Part shown: positions 55,712 to 64,000 of the stretch, one piece after another
Layout of the letters: each line of letters starts with the position of its first letter
Position numbering within the stretch: the stretch's first letter is position 1
IMG/VR virus record: IMGVR_UViG_3300042452_000440
DNA: 64,000 nucleotides
Source: an uncultured virus (IMG/VR IMGVR_UViG_3300042452_000440)
Taxonomy: Duplodnaviria; Heunggongvirae; Uroviricota; Caudoviricetes
Direction: 5' to 3' (one strand)
Notes under the pieces: model-generated
Seen by the model: only the letters and a program-made list of their open reading frames with translations
Databases searched by the model: none
Told to the model about the DNA's origin: nothing
Program-made: the position numbers and the translations under genes

Positions 55712-57640
55712 TTATGTTGGGTAGGCGATGAGGACGATACCGGAACCACCCGTACCACCATATGAAGCTTGATCTCCACCACCTCCTCCACCAGATCCAG
55801 TAGAAACTACTCCATTACCACCAGGTTGATTAGTGCTGGAAGCTCCGCTGCCGCCTCCACCAGTTCCACCATTAGATCCAGAACCCCTAACAGCTCCGCC
55901 GCCACCAGCAGCAATCCACCAATAAGTGCTTCCTGGTCCAGGTGCTCCCAAACCACCTCCAGTAGTTGAAGTTGATTGTGATAATGGATTTCTAAATGTC
56001 GTTGGAAGTTGTGTGCCGGCACCACCATTAGCACCAGGAGCTGAACTTCCGGCACCTCCACCTCCACCGGGAGTTGATGCTCCATTATTACCTTGTGTTG
56101 GTGCAGGAGTTGATGTTCCCGTTACTCTATTTCCAGTTCCTCCTGGACCAGATCCATTAGCACCTCCACCACCACCACCAGATCCACCTGGACCACCAGC
56201 AAATACGTTTTCAATACCGCCAAATCCACCACCCTGAGAAGTTATAGTTGAAAATATCGATGGAGATCCTGCAACAGAAGGTGTTATTTGTTCTCCATAG
56301 GCGCCAGCACCACCAGCACCAACAGTAACTGGATTTGGTCCAGGATTAACAGCAAAATCAAAAGCACCATTATATCGGTATCCACCAGCTCCGCCGCCGC
56401 CGCCGTCACCAGAACCACCACCACCTCCGCCAGCAATCACAACATATTCAACAGAAAGTGGTCCAGTAGTTACATTAAAATCACCAGAAGAAGTAAATGT
56501 ATGAATTGTCTTACCACCAAAGAAACTAATAGCACCACCAGTAGCTCTTGCTGTTCCAGTGGATGCTGGAAGTGCATATCGGACAACTACGATTCCTGAA
56601 CCACCAGCGCCAGAAATAAAGTTATATGGAGTTGGTCCACCACCAGCACCACCGCCTCCACCCCCAGTAGCATAAGTTCCAGGAGTTCCATGATCACTAG
56701 GAGAATATCCGCCAGCACCTCCTCCACCTACTCCAGCAGCACCTTGAGTTGGAAGTCCACCGGCACCACCGCCGCCACCACCACCAGCAAACCATTGATA
56801 TTGTCCTGGTCCAGGATTTAATACTCCTACACCTGTTGTTGTAGATGCTGGTCCGGCAATGGCAACTTGAACACCAGATCCGCCAGGTCCGCCATTAGTG
56901 GTACTGATTACCCCAGTCCCAGCAGATCCTGCTCCACCACCACCGCCACCAGCTGATCCAGTTCCTGGACCACCACCAGAATATCCTTGTGATGGTGAGT
57001 AAGGAGTTGGACTATTCCCCGATCCACCTGGCTGATTTCTTCCACCACCTCCACCAGATCCGCCAGGATTTCCTACGTTTCCATTAGCACCAGAAATTTC
57101 AACGCCTCCACCACCGCCGCCGTCTGCACGAATATAAGATGGTGATGGAAAACTTGCAGGAGTAGGATAAAAGTTTGATACATTTCCATTTCCACCATTA
57201 GTATTATTTCCGGTTTGTGGTGATCCACCTCCACCAATAGTTACAGTATAAGGTCCAGGAGAAACTGAATATGAAGGTCCTGTTAATGGGTTTGTAGATG
57301 CATCTACAACTCCTGGCAGATTAGTTCTTAATCCACCAGCACCACCGCCACCAGAACCAGCATTTCCCAGAGGTCCTCCGGCACCTCCACCTCCACCACC
57401 AGCAACCACAAGGTACTGAACAGAAGTAATCGCAGGATCAGTAACCGCAAAGGTTCCCGATGAAGTGAAGATATGTGCTCTATATCTGATTCCTGGTCCT
57501 GGATCCAGATAGTCACTAATCACACCCCCACTTGCACCAGTATAAGTAATGCCTCCACCACCAGAAGGTGCAGCAGAAGTAACAGCAGCAAGACCAAACT
57601 GATTGATTAATGTTGCAAGAGAAGTAACAATGGGTGCCAT
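55712..57640 (-). CDS. Tandem two-domain Gly/Pro-rich tip protein
   Basis: N-terminal MAPIVTSLA..QFG; close paralog of 42194-44128. Confidence 0.8.
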   Translation of the reverse strand: MAPIVTSLATLINQFGLAAVTSAAPSGGGGITYTGASGGVISDYLDPGPGIRYRAHIFTSSGTFAVTDPAITSVQYLVVAGGGGGGAGGPLGNAGSGGGGAGGLRTNLPGVVDASTNPLTGPSYSVSPGPYTVTIGGGGSPQTGNNTNGGNGNVSNFYPTPASFPSPSYIRADGGGGGGVEISGANGNVGNPGGSGGGGGRNQPGGSGNSPTPYSPSQGYSGGGPGTGSAGGGGGGAGSAGTGVISTTNGGPGGSGVQVAIAGPASTTTGVGVLNPGPGQYQWFAGGGGGGGAGGLPTQGAAGVGGGGAGGYSPSDHGTPGTYATGGGGGGAGGGPTPYNFISGAGGSGIVVVRYALPASTGTARATGGAISFFGGKTIHTFTSSGDFNVTTGPLSVEYVVIAGGGGGGSGDGGGGGAGGYRYNGAFDFAVNPGPNPVTVGAGGAGAYGEQITPSVAGSPSIFSTITSQGGGFGGIENVFAGGPGGSGGGGGGANGSGPGGTGNRVTGTSTPAPTQGNNGASTPGGGGGAGSSAPGANGGAGTQLPTTFRNPLSQSTSTTGGGLGAPGPGSTYWWIAAGGGGAVRGSGSNGGTGGGGSGASSTNQPGGNGVVSTGSGGGGGGDQASYGGTGGSGIVLIAYPT

Positions 57641-57641
57641 A

Positions 57642-58379
57642 TCAGTAGAACCTAAAATCGCCGTTCTTGATTGAAATGAAGTTATAGTTCGTCATCGTTG
57701 ATGCAGAACCAGTGGTATTAATACCAATGAAGTTAAAGATGTCGTAGCAAGAAGTACTGCCAGCAGCAACAGTTCCTGATGGATATGAGATACGAGTCGA
57801 AACTCCAACCGCTGCTGTGGAGTTAAATGTGACCCCATTTAGAACAAGACTTGAACAAGCATATCCAGTTGCACCTTGACGAACAATCACCGCAAAGTTG
57901 ATTGAACGATTATCAAAGTCTGATGTAGTAGGGATACCAGTCACACTCAAAGTGATTGGTCCAGTTGCATTATAAACAACAGCAATATTACCACCACCAG
58001 TATTGTATGCAAGTGATGGTGAGTTATTGGTTGCAACAGTGACCTTATCAGCAACCGATGCCAGACGAAGATCGGTTAATGTTGAAATACCTGTATTATT
58101 TACACCTGATACCGAAATGCTTGGGTTTCCAGTTAAGTTTTGTGCGACAGTTGAAATACCAGCAGTCGTCGCATAACCTGCGGTAGTAGCATTTGTGGCA
58201 ATACCAGCGATGACTGCATAAGTTGCTGTCGTAGAGATTCCAGCAGTCGTCGCATAACCTGCGGTAGTGGCAGTCGTCGCAGTACCAGTTAATGTACCAA
58301 CAACTGTTGCTCCATTTGGAAACGTCGGAGCACCAGTTCCTGCCTCATTTTTAATATTATTAACTCTTATTTCAGACAT
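57642..58379 (-). CDS. Short fibre with C-terminal adaptor domain
   Basis: N-terminal MSEIRVNNIKNEAG; ATTAGY repeats; C-domain paralogous to 44132-44782. Confidence 0.72.
   Translation of the reverse strand: MSEIRVNNIKNEAGTGAPTFPNGATVVGTLTGTATTATTAGYATTAGISTTATYAVIAGIATNATTAGYATTAGISTVAQNLTGNPSISVSGVNNTGISTLTDLRLASVADKVTVATNNSPSLAYNTGGGNIAVVYNATGPITLSVTGIPTTSDFDNRSINFAVIVRQGATGYACSSLVLNGVTFNSTAAVGVSTRISYPSGTVAAGSTSCYDIFNFIGINTTGSASTMTNYNFISIKNGDFRFY
58159..58268. repeat. 29-bp direct repeat in fibre gene
   Basis: ccagcagtcgtcgcataacctgcggtagt at 58159-58187 and 58240-58268 (TTAGYATTAG). Confidence 0.85.
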
Positions 58380-58402
58380 TTTGAGTTATACTTTTCAGTT
58401 AT

Positions 58403-58576
58403 TTATTCAGTTACAACAGTACCTCCGAAATCATAGATCTCAGAGGTTGCTACTGACTTATTTGTATATCTCTTACGGTCATCATAGTTTGTTGACCACT
58501 TATAATCACCCTGAAAATAAATGGTCTTATCAGTCCCTTGAATGTTCTGAGTCTTAGCAATATGATAGTTTGCCAT
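58403..58576 (-). CDS. 57-aa paralog of the adjacent gene (not in ORF track)
   Basis: MANYHIAKTQNIQGTDKTIYFQGDYKWSTNYDDRKRYTNKSVATSEIYDFGGTVVTE*. Confidence 0.75.
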   Translation of the reverse strand: MANYHIAKTQNIQGTDKTIYFQGDYKWSTNYDDRKRYTNKSVATSEIYDFGGTVVTE

Positions 58577-58599
58577 CTTACAAATAGATTTTCAACTAT

Positions 58600-58866
58600 T
58601 TATTCTACCGATCTCTCAAACTCAGTTCCTTCCTGCACAATTCCATCACCGTCACCATCAACTGCATTAGGATCATAAGTCACATCTTTAATCACAGTGC
58701 CGCCAAAATCATAAAGTTCTTTGGTGGCATCTGCTTTCTTATTATAGATCTTTCGGTGCTCGTGAACAGTTGTCCAGCGATTATCACCCTGATAAAAGAC
58801 GGTTACAGTTCCACCCATACCAAAATCTTGTGTATGTTGAATATGATACTTTGCCATTTTTTTCAA
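58600..58866 (-). CDS. Small protein with DGDGDG Ca-binding-like motif
   Basis: MAKYHI...QGD.RW...RK.Y.KK..AT.E.YDFGGTV plus DPNAVDGDGDGIVQEGT. Confidence 0.72.
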   Translation of the reverse strand: MKKMAKYHIQHTQDFGMGGTVTVFYQGDNRWTTVHEHRKIYNKKADATKELYDFGGTVIKDVTYDPNAVDGDGDGIVQEGTEFERSVE

Positions 58867-59417
58867 GTATTTATTGCTTGATGGTCTGGAAGTTTAGGAA
58901 GTAAATCAAAAGATATAATGGTTCTTTGCTTTCTTGATTGATTGGGATGAACAAAGTGTAATGTATAAGAAGGTACAATGACTAATGTTCCCTCTTTGAC
59001 ATCTTGTGGATATGCCAGAGTTGTCGTATCACTTCTAGGGTCTTGCCAAGGAGCAACAAAACAAGTAGGAGTATGATGCTTTGAATCAAACTCCACATAA
59101 AGAACACCAGAAAATCCCCAACTGCGATGATTGTGAATCGTCTGGTGGTCTCCTTGTTTATACCTAACAGACCAACAATCAGTCATACTGCACGTTACTT
59201 GTGCTTCCTGGCAAAACTCAAACAGTTGAGGTTTGATAAGGTCTTGAAAGTAGTGTAGATATGACTTCTTGTTTGTTTGTCTGTCAGTTTCAAAAGTTTG
59301 CAATGTGGTTCTTACAAACTTTTGAGAGTTGATGCGATTGAGAAGTCCCTTCTTTTTAAAATCCCAATCATCAATCTGGTATTGATAAGAAGGGTATTCA
59401 AAAAGTGGTGTCTTCAT
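58863..59417 (-). CDS. Putative 2OG-Fe(II) oxygenase
   Basis: WSVRY, HNH, SGVLYV, EGTLVIVPSYTLHFV.P, RTIISFD. Confidence 0.85.
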   Translation of the reverse strand: MKTPLFEYPSYQYQIDDWDFKKKGLLNRINSQKFVRTTLQTFETDRQTNKKSYLHYFQDLIKPQLFEFCQEAQVTCSMTDCWSVRYKQGDHQTIHNHRSWGFSGVLYVEFDSKHHTPTCFVAPWQDPRSDTTTLAYPQDVKEGTLVIVPSYTLHFVHPNQSRKQRTIISFDLLPKLPDHQAINT

Positions 59418-60136
59418 CGTGCTCTATCCCAAGCACAGTGAGCACGTTGACCGTCTTGCAAAACATAGTGAAAAAAGATCTGATGAAAATAAAGTTCACC
59501 ACTCTTACCAAACAATTTCTTACTCTTCTTTACACCAGGCATTGCATCACGCCAGTGCGGGCGCTCACATCCTTTATAAACCATCCCGTCACCTGCTTGA
59601 AGAACCACAGAACGATTCTCACCAGGAACTAATACTTGTGTCTTCTTTTTGTCGGCATAAGTATCGGGAGTTTTAATCCAGATAGGCCAATCAGCATCCT
59701 TTCCTTCCAGATTGGTGCTGATATGAACTGTCACAGAAATCTCACAGGCATCACGGTCTGCGTGACGAGTCAGTTCCTGACCAGGAAAATAATAACGGTC
59801 ATAATAATAAGTATTATAAAGTTTCCGTCCCAGTGCTTCTTCAAGTTTGAGACGAATACCAGTATGAATCTGACGATACTGTGGGTGCCAGTAACGAGCC
59901 AGAGAACCTTCAACCTGTTGCTCTACTGGTGTGTGATTAAACTGATCTACCTGTTTGCCCCAGTAGTTAATCTGCCCACGTTCTTGTGGAAGTGGATGGT
60001 AAAGTTCTTCTGCATCCCATAGATTCTTGATGACCAAGTATCCATTCTTCTCAAAGGATTCATTACGAGTCCAAGCAGTTCCAGTGTTTTGACGTTCTTG
60101 GAACATCAACTGCATTTCTGTCATTTGTTCTGCCAT
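59414..60136 (-). CDS. 2OG-Fe(II) oxygenase-like protein
   Basis: L..TYYY.R.Y..GQEL.RH.DR.ACEIS.T...GD...YKGCE..HWR...Q.FFHY. Confidence 0.78.
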   Translation of the reverse strand: MAEQMTEMQLMFQERQNTGTAWTRNESFEKNGYLVIKNLWDAEELYHPLPQERGQINYWGKQVDQFNHTPVEQQVEGSLARYWHPQYRQIHTGIRLKLEEALGRKLYNTYYYDRYYFPGQELTRHADRDACEISVTVHISTNLEGKDADWPIWIKTPDTYADKKKTQVLVPGENRSVVLQAGDGMVYKGCERPHWRDAMPGVKKSKKLFGKSGELYFHQIFFHYVLQDGQRAHCAWDRAR

Positions 60137-60144
60137 GATTTACC

Positions 60145-60765
60145 TCACTTCCAACGCTTACCGACCGTCCAACCTACCAAACTCTTACGGGTTCCTTTTG
60201 TAACTTTAAGAACACGGTGCATCGTGCGAGAATCAAACAGAATCACAGTGCCACGCTTACGAGGAGCAATATAACTATTCCCTGCCTCATCAAGAAGTTG
60301 AAGGTTGCCGCCTTCATAATCATCGGGGTCACTCAGTTGAACCACAAATGAAAGTTTTCTTACAAGTTCAATGTTCTCATTTACGAAGTCTTGTGCTAGA
60401 CCATCTTGACGATTACCGACACTTACAGGTTTGTATTGAGTTGCAAGTCCTGCGTCATTGTGCCAACCATAGAACTGCCCTTCACTATATTTCGTGAACT
60501 GCATTGATTCTCCATCAATACAATGCAAGTCATACAGGAAGTTCTCACGGTTTGCCCGTTCAATGTAGTGCCACACAAATCCACCAACCCAATGTGTGGT
60601 GGGAATCCAGGCATTCTGTGAGTTTCGTTTATCTTTGTTTAGGGCATCTCCGTGAAGTCGGGAGTCTGCCATTTGATCTTCGAACTTTTCTGAGAGGTCT
60701 CGTTCAATGATATCTACCACATCTTCTGGTAGATCACTGAAATACCAAATGCTTTGAAATGCCAT
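60145..60765 (-). CDS. 2OG-Fe(II) oxygenase (prolyl-4-hydroxylase/PKHD-like)
   Basis: QFTKY, WHND, RKLS, LSDP.DYEGG.L, HRV..VTKG.R.SLVGW. Confidence 0.9.
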   Translation of the reverse strand: MAFQSIWYFSDLPEDVVDIIERDLSEKFEDQMADSRLHGDALNKDKRNSQNAWIPTTHWVGGFVWHYIERANRENFLYDLHCIDGESMQFTKYSEGQFYGWHNDAGLATQYKPVSVGNRQDGLAQDFVNENIELVRKLSFVVQLSDPDDYEGGNLQLLDEAGNSYIAPRKRGTVILFDSRTMHRVLKVTKGTRKSLVGWTVGKRWK

Positions 60766-60788
60766 ACGTTAATAATGTATTCAGGTTT

Positions 60789-60817
60789 ATTATATAGGAT
60801 GTTGTGGGGAATGTCAA
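60789..60817 (-). promoter_or_regulatory. Sigma70-type early promoter for the oxygenase triad
   Basis: TTGACA-17 nt-TATAAT, perfect consensus. Confidence 0.85.
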
Positions 60818-60821
60818 ATAA

Positions 60822-61346
60822 TTAATATAAGAACTCGTAAATACTCATAATTGATCCATATTGCTGGTTTCTTCCATCATCAGAGCTATTTGAATTCCAA
60901 ATTTGAAAAGGTTTATCACCACTACTACCACTCCTAGTCTTCCATCCAACAGTCCAGGTTCTACTACCAGATGCTAATTCTGCGGCAGCATCAGTATTAT
61001 CAATAATACGATGAACATATAGTGTAAATCTAGACCATATCTCACTTTGATCAACTCCGGCATACCATACTCCTTTATGCCTATCAGAATCATTGCTAGT
61101 GCTCATACCATCCAAACCAGCATAAATTCCACATTGATCAGAATATGCCACACCACCAGGTAACATCCCCTCCATTAAAATCCATGATGTATTTGCATCA
61201 TATTGTTTTGTAAAACTACCTGTCCAAATAATACCATTAGAAGAATCACTTAATCCTGTTCTAGTGTTATTTCTAAAACGTGTTACGTTTACTAATTTGT
61301 CACCAGTAGTGGTAGTTGAAGTTGAGTTTAATAAATTTCTTGCCAT
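60822..61346 (-). CDS. Putative fibre tip protein, paralog 1
   Basis: N-terminal MARNLLNSTSTTTT; FTK..., C-terminal IYEF. Confidence 0.68.
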   Translation of the reverse strand: MARNLLNSTSTTTTGDKLVNVTRFRNNTRTGLSDSSNGIIWTGSFTKQYDANTSWILMEGMLPGGVAYSDQCGIYAGLDGMSTSNDSDRHKGVWYAGVDQSEIWSRFTLYVHRIIDNTDAAAELASGSRTWTVGWKTRSGSSGDKPFQIWNSNSSDDGRNQQYGSIMSIYEFLY

Positions 61347-61348
61347 TT

Positions 61349-61873
61349 TTATCTCGCAATTTCGTAAATTAAAATATGAGTTCCAGACTGATGGTGCCTA
61401 TCATTATCCGCATTATTCGGATTCAATACTTCACAACACCTTACAGATTCATTTGAATACCAACCTATTTTTAAACTATGAGATCCAGCAGCAATATTCC
61501 ATTCTTTGAATGATTTATGTACTATTCCCAGTGTATTTTCAGCAGATCGATCGGGTCCACAGTAATAAAATCCTCCACCACCTGCACCATTTCTCGGTCC
61601 ACTACTATCATTATAAGCCAAATATAAATCATCAATTGTGCATGAACATCCTATCTGTGGATAGTTAGGCATACCCTGCATTGGAATAATTCCAGCAACT
61701 TGAATAAAAGACTCTGAATTTGATCTCAACTTTGTAAAAGTAGTATTAACTAATGCACTTCTCCCATCAGATACTGCCGAAATGCCAGATCTACTATAAT
61801 TTTTGTACCTAGTAATATTAATAATACCAGTAAGTGTGGTGGTTGTAGATACATTTAAAATATTTCTAGACAT
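61349..61873 (-). CDS. Putative fibre tip protein, paralog 2
   Basis: Start at MSRNILNVSTTTT (TAATG overlap); FTK..., C-terminal IYEI. Confidence 0.68.
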   Translation of the reverse strand: MSRNILNVSTTTTLTGIINITRYKNYSRSGISAVSDGRSALVNTTFTKLRSNSESFIQVAGIIPMQGMPNYPQIGCSCTIDDLYLAYNDSSGPRNGAGGGGFYYCGPDRSAENTLGIVHKSFKEWNIAAGSHSLKIGWYSNESVRCCEVLNPNNADNDRHHQSGTHILIYEIAR

Positions 61874-62424
61874 TAGTATAAAATCTCCCAAACTCTAAGG
61901 TAACCATACCAATTTGTTTGACCTCTGTTATCTACTGAAGAATAAGATCCACCTTTGTTCGGACAGAAATTCCATCCAGGTCTGTTTCCGCCTCCACCTG
62001 CGGTTTCCCATCTTATAATTATTGGAACAGTTCCAACTCCAAAATTTCCTGATGAAATATTTGCACTCAGACCATTTAATGTTTGTGCATGTGCAAAGTT
62101 TTGGCAGGAGTGTATGTTAAATTCACGCTCATTACCTCCTGTCATCCCCCAAAAATATTGTGATCCATTATATAAATCTGAAGTTTGATTACTACACCTA
62201 ATACAAGGTGCTGGTGCATATGAATATGCTTCTAATGAATTAAACTGTGCAGACATGTACAAATAACTTTCTGATGCAGATCTTTGCTTTGAATAGTTAT
62301 AAGTCCAAATGGTATAGTTTGCCTGATCTCCCATACCACTTACTTCTGTCATAACATACTCACCTGTCGCAACTAATTTAGTTGCTGCTGCTGTTGTTGT
62401 TGCGTTTAGTATGGATCTACCCAT
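61873..62424 (-). CDS. Putative fibre tip protein, paralog 3
   Basis: N-terminal MGRSILNATTTAAAT; YSKQ..., C-terminal VWEI. Confidence 0.68.
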   Translation of the reverse strand: MGRSILNATTTAAATKLVATGEYVMTEVSGMGDQANYTIWTYNYSKQRSASESYLYMSAQFNSLEAYSYAPAPCIRCSNQTSDLYNGSQYFWGMTGGNEREFNIHSCQNFAHAQTLNGLSANISSGNFGVGTVPIIIRWETAGGGGNRPGWNFCPNKGGSYSSVDNRGQTNWYGYLRVWEILY

Positions 62425-62454
62425 TTGAATTTCCTTAACTATTTTGTTGATTTG

Positions 62455-62766
62455 TTAAGATATTTCTACGCCCCAAATATTAAAAGATACGTTTCCATTT
62501 AAAGAGTTAACTGCAACTGCGTCACCCGTTCCTAAAACAATTCCAGTTCTCTCTATAACTGCTGCTGCCGTTAGACCGGCGAGAGTTTCTATCTCATGAC
62601 GATCACCTCTAGTTGCACCAGAATTAACAAGAGCAACTGAAACTGATGTTGCTGCACCAGCTCTGTTAGTTGCAGAAATATTCACAACTATTGGAGTTGT
62701 TGCAGTAAATGCAGTTGTCCAAGTATTTGCCGAAGATATTAGTGATGTTTGTAATCCAGATGCCAT
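62455..62766 (-). CDS. Small beta-rich adaptor protein
   Basis: MASG...NR...V.VAL...IE...ERTGIVL.TGD...VSF..WGVE. Confidence 0.68.
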   Translation of the reverse strand: MASGLQTSLISSANTWTTAFTATTPIVVNISATNRAGAATSVSVALVNSGATRGDRHEIETLAGLTAAAVIERTGIVLGTGDAVAVNSLNGNVSFNIWGVEIS

Positions 62767-62807
62767 TTAATGTAGTCTCCTTTTCTGTAATATTTATATT
62801 CTATAAC

Positions 62808-63389
62808 TTAGAAAGATCCGCAGAAATATGAAAAAGCAATTCCACCACTTCCCATATTTTTATAAGTGGTGCCATTTTCCGAAAATTCCCACTTACCAGT
62901 ACTATGATTATATCTTATTTCCCTAGAAGAAGTTACATTACCAGAACCATCAGTAGTTTGAATAACTCTAATACCACCAGTACCAGCAGTAATACTATTT
63001 CCAGATCTAAGATCAATAGTATTATCCTTTATAGAAAGGTTAACAGTATCAATGGTTGTTGTGGTTCCATTGACCGTTAAGTTTCCACCAATAACGGCAT
63101 TACCAGTTACGGTCATTGCACCACCGACCTGAACATCGGTCAGTGTTAATGTATTCGTTACATTAAGATTAGAAGCAGTAATAACCCCAGCAGTGGCATT
63201 TAGATTGCCAGTAACTGTCAGATTACCACTGTTCGTAAGATTGCCACTGTTCGTAAAGTTACCAGCGTTAGTAATACTACCAGTGCTTGTTACAGAAACA
63301 ATACCCGTCACAGCAAGAGTATTGGTTTCAGGAACAGTAACAACTGTCCCAGTTCTTGATTTAATATTGTCTACTCTTAATGTTGACAT
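62808..63389 (-). CDS. Short fibre protein
   Basis: N-terminal MSTLRVDNIKSRTG; GNLT repeats; GNLTVNGTTTTIDT.NL.I.DN. Confidence 0.72.
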   Translation of the reverse strand: MSTLRVDNIKSRTGTVVTVPETNTLAVTGIVSVTSTGSITNAGNFTNSGNLTNSGNLTVTGNLNATAGVITASNLNVTNTLTLTDVQVGGAMTVTGNAVIGGNLTVNGTTTTIDTVNLSIKDNTIDLRSGNSITAGTGGIRVIQTTDGSGNVTSSREIRYNHSTGKWEFSENGTTYKNMGSGGIAFSYFCGSF

Positions 63390-63416
63390 CTTGAACTTAC
63401 TTTTTAGTTATTTAGA

Positions 63417-63617
63417 TTAGTTTTCTTCTATAATCAAAATACAACCATCACCAACACTCAGTTGAAATCCAGGTTCAACATCAACAGTTACATCCTCATC
63501 GTGAAGTATAAAGGATGTTTTATAAGGTGGTTCAATATCAATATTAGATTCTATCACATTCTTTTGAGTATCACGAAAAGTATTATCAACAAAACCTAAC
63601 TGAACTGGGATTGTCAT
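63417..63617 (-). CDS. Small connector-like protein
   Basis: KNVIESNID...DVTVD.E.G..LSVGDG; paralog of the C-terminus of the upstream gene. Confidence 0.7.
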   Translation of the reverse strand: MTIPVQLGFVDNTFRDTQKNVIESNIDIEPPYKTSFILHDEDVTVDVEPGFQLSVGDGCILIIEEN

Positions 63618-64000
63618 ATATCTACAATGCTAAAAAATACTCCATCACCAACACTCAATGTTGACCCAGATTCAATATCAACAGTTACATCTGGATCAGC
63701 ATAAATCACAGCAGTTTTTTGTGGTAGATCAAGATCAATATTAGAATCAATCACATTCTTATAAGCAAATACTGTGGCATCATAAACGACTGATGCTCCA
63801 CCACCACCAGAAATACTAATATCTACTCGATTATTATGAACTGCAAAAGTATTACCAGTGCCAACAAAGTTCAATGCGGTAATGATACCACTATGAATAG
63901 CAATACCACCAGAATGAATACCAATTCCCCTAATACCATCGGTAGCAGTAAGAACTCCTACTTGAATATTAGTGGTATCCTTAATAATTCCACCTTGTAT
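63614..64000 (-). CDS. Virion structural protein, 5' end beyond window
   Basis: Frame open to the window edge (IQGGIIKDTTNIQVGVLTAT...NFVGTGNTF...); resembles 41358-42176 and 48123-49376. Confidence 0.72.
   Translation of the reverse strand: MQGGIIKDTTNIQVGVLTATDGIRGIGIHSGGIAIHSGIITALNFVGTGNTFAVHNNRVDISISGGGGASVVYDATVFAYKNVIDSNIDLDLPQKTAVIYADPDVTVDIESGSTLSVGDGVFFSIVDI

Noticed and set aside
42256..57516. Many Val/Glu-rich, His-rich or Pro-rich alternative-frame ORFs
   Set aside because: Frame and strand shadows of GGT/GGA glycine codon runs
38636..57640. Possible CRISPR array or diversity-generating retroelement
   Set aside because: Repeats are coding and irregularly spaced; no cas, reverse transcriptase or adenine-specific template/variable repeat pair was seen

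Overview
This window is part of a T4-like cyanophage genome (cyanomyovirus type). Almost all genes are on the minus strand, with one plus-strand block (gp4, gp2, gp48, gp53) at 27.5-30.1 kb. From left to right it contains: (1) a DNA methyltransferase and an SF2 helicase; (2) a block with two 2OG-Fe(II) oxygenases, a Cys-rich protein, a Gly-rich adhesin and a flavin-dependent halogenase, lying downstream of two long tail fibres; (3) an HNH endonuclease and three tRNA genes, all structurally atypical, with a candidate pseudoknotted ncRNA between them; (4) the baseplate/tail module; (5) a Mom-like acetyltransferase, gp32, a second HNH, gp59, gp33, an exonuclease, phoH and thyX; (6) tandem glutamine-riboswitch-like aptamers ahead of a DUF4278-like gene; (7) about 25 kb of repeated short-fibre, adaptor and Gly-rich tip genes, interrupted by three more 2OG-Fe(II) oxygenases. 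The most notable observations are: a modular fibre/tip array in which tip proteins carry N-terminal tags that co-vary with the upstream adaptor; a T-TTT-TTC -1 slippery site that would fuse gp26-like to gp51-like just upstream of a tape-measure-like gene; a 50-aa ORF nested inside a riboswitch-like aptamer; hairpins containing late promoters ahead of both HNH genes; and tailoring enzymes placed next to Trp/Pro/Gly-rich adhesins. All calls come from reading motifs and synteny by eye; no database searches were run.
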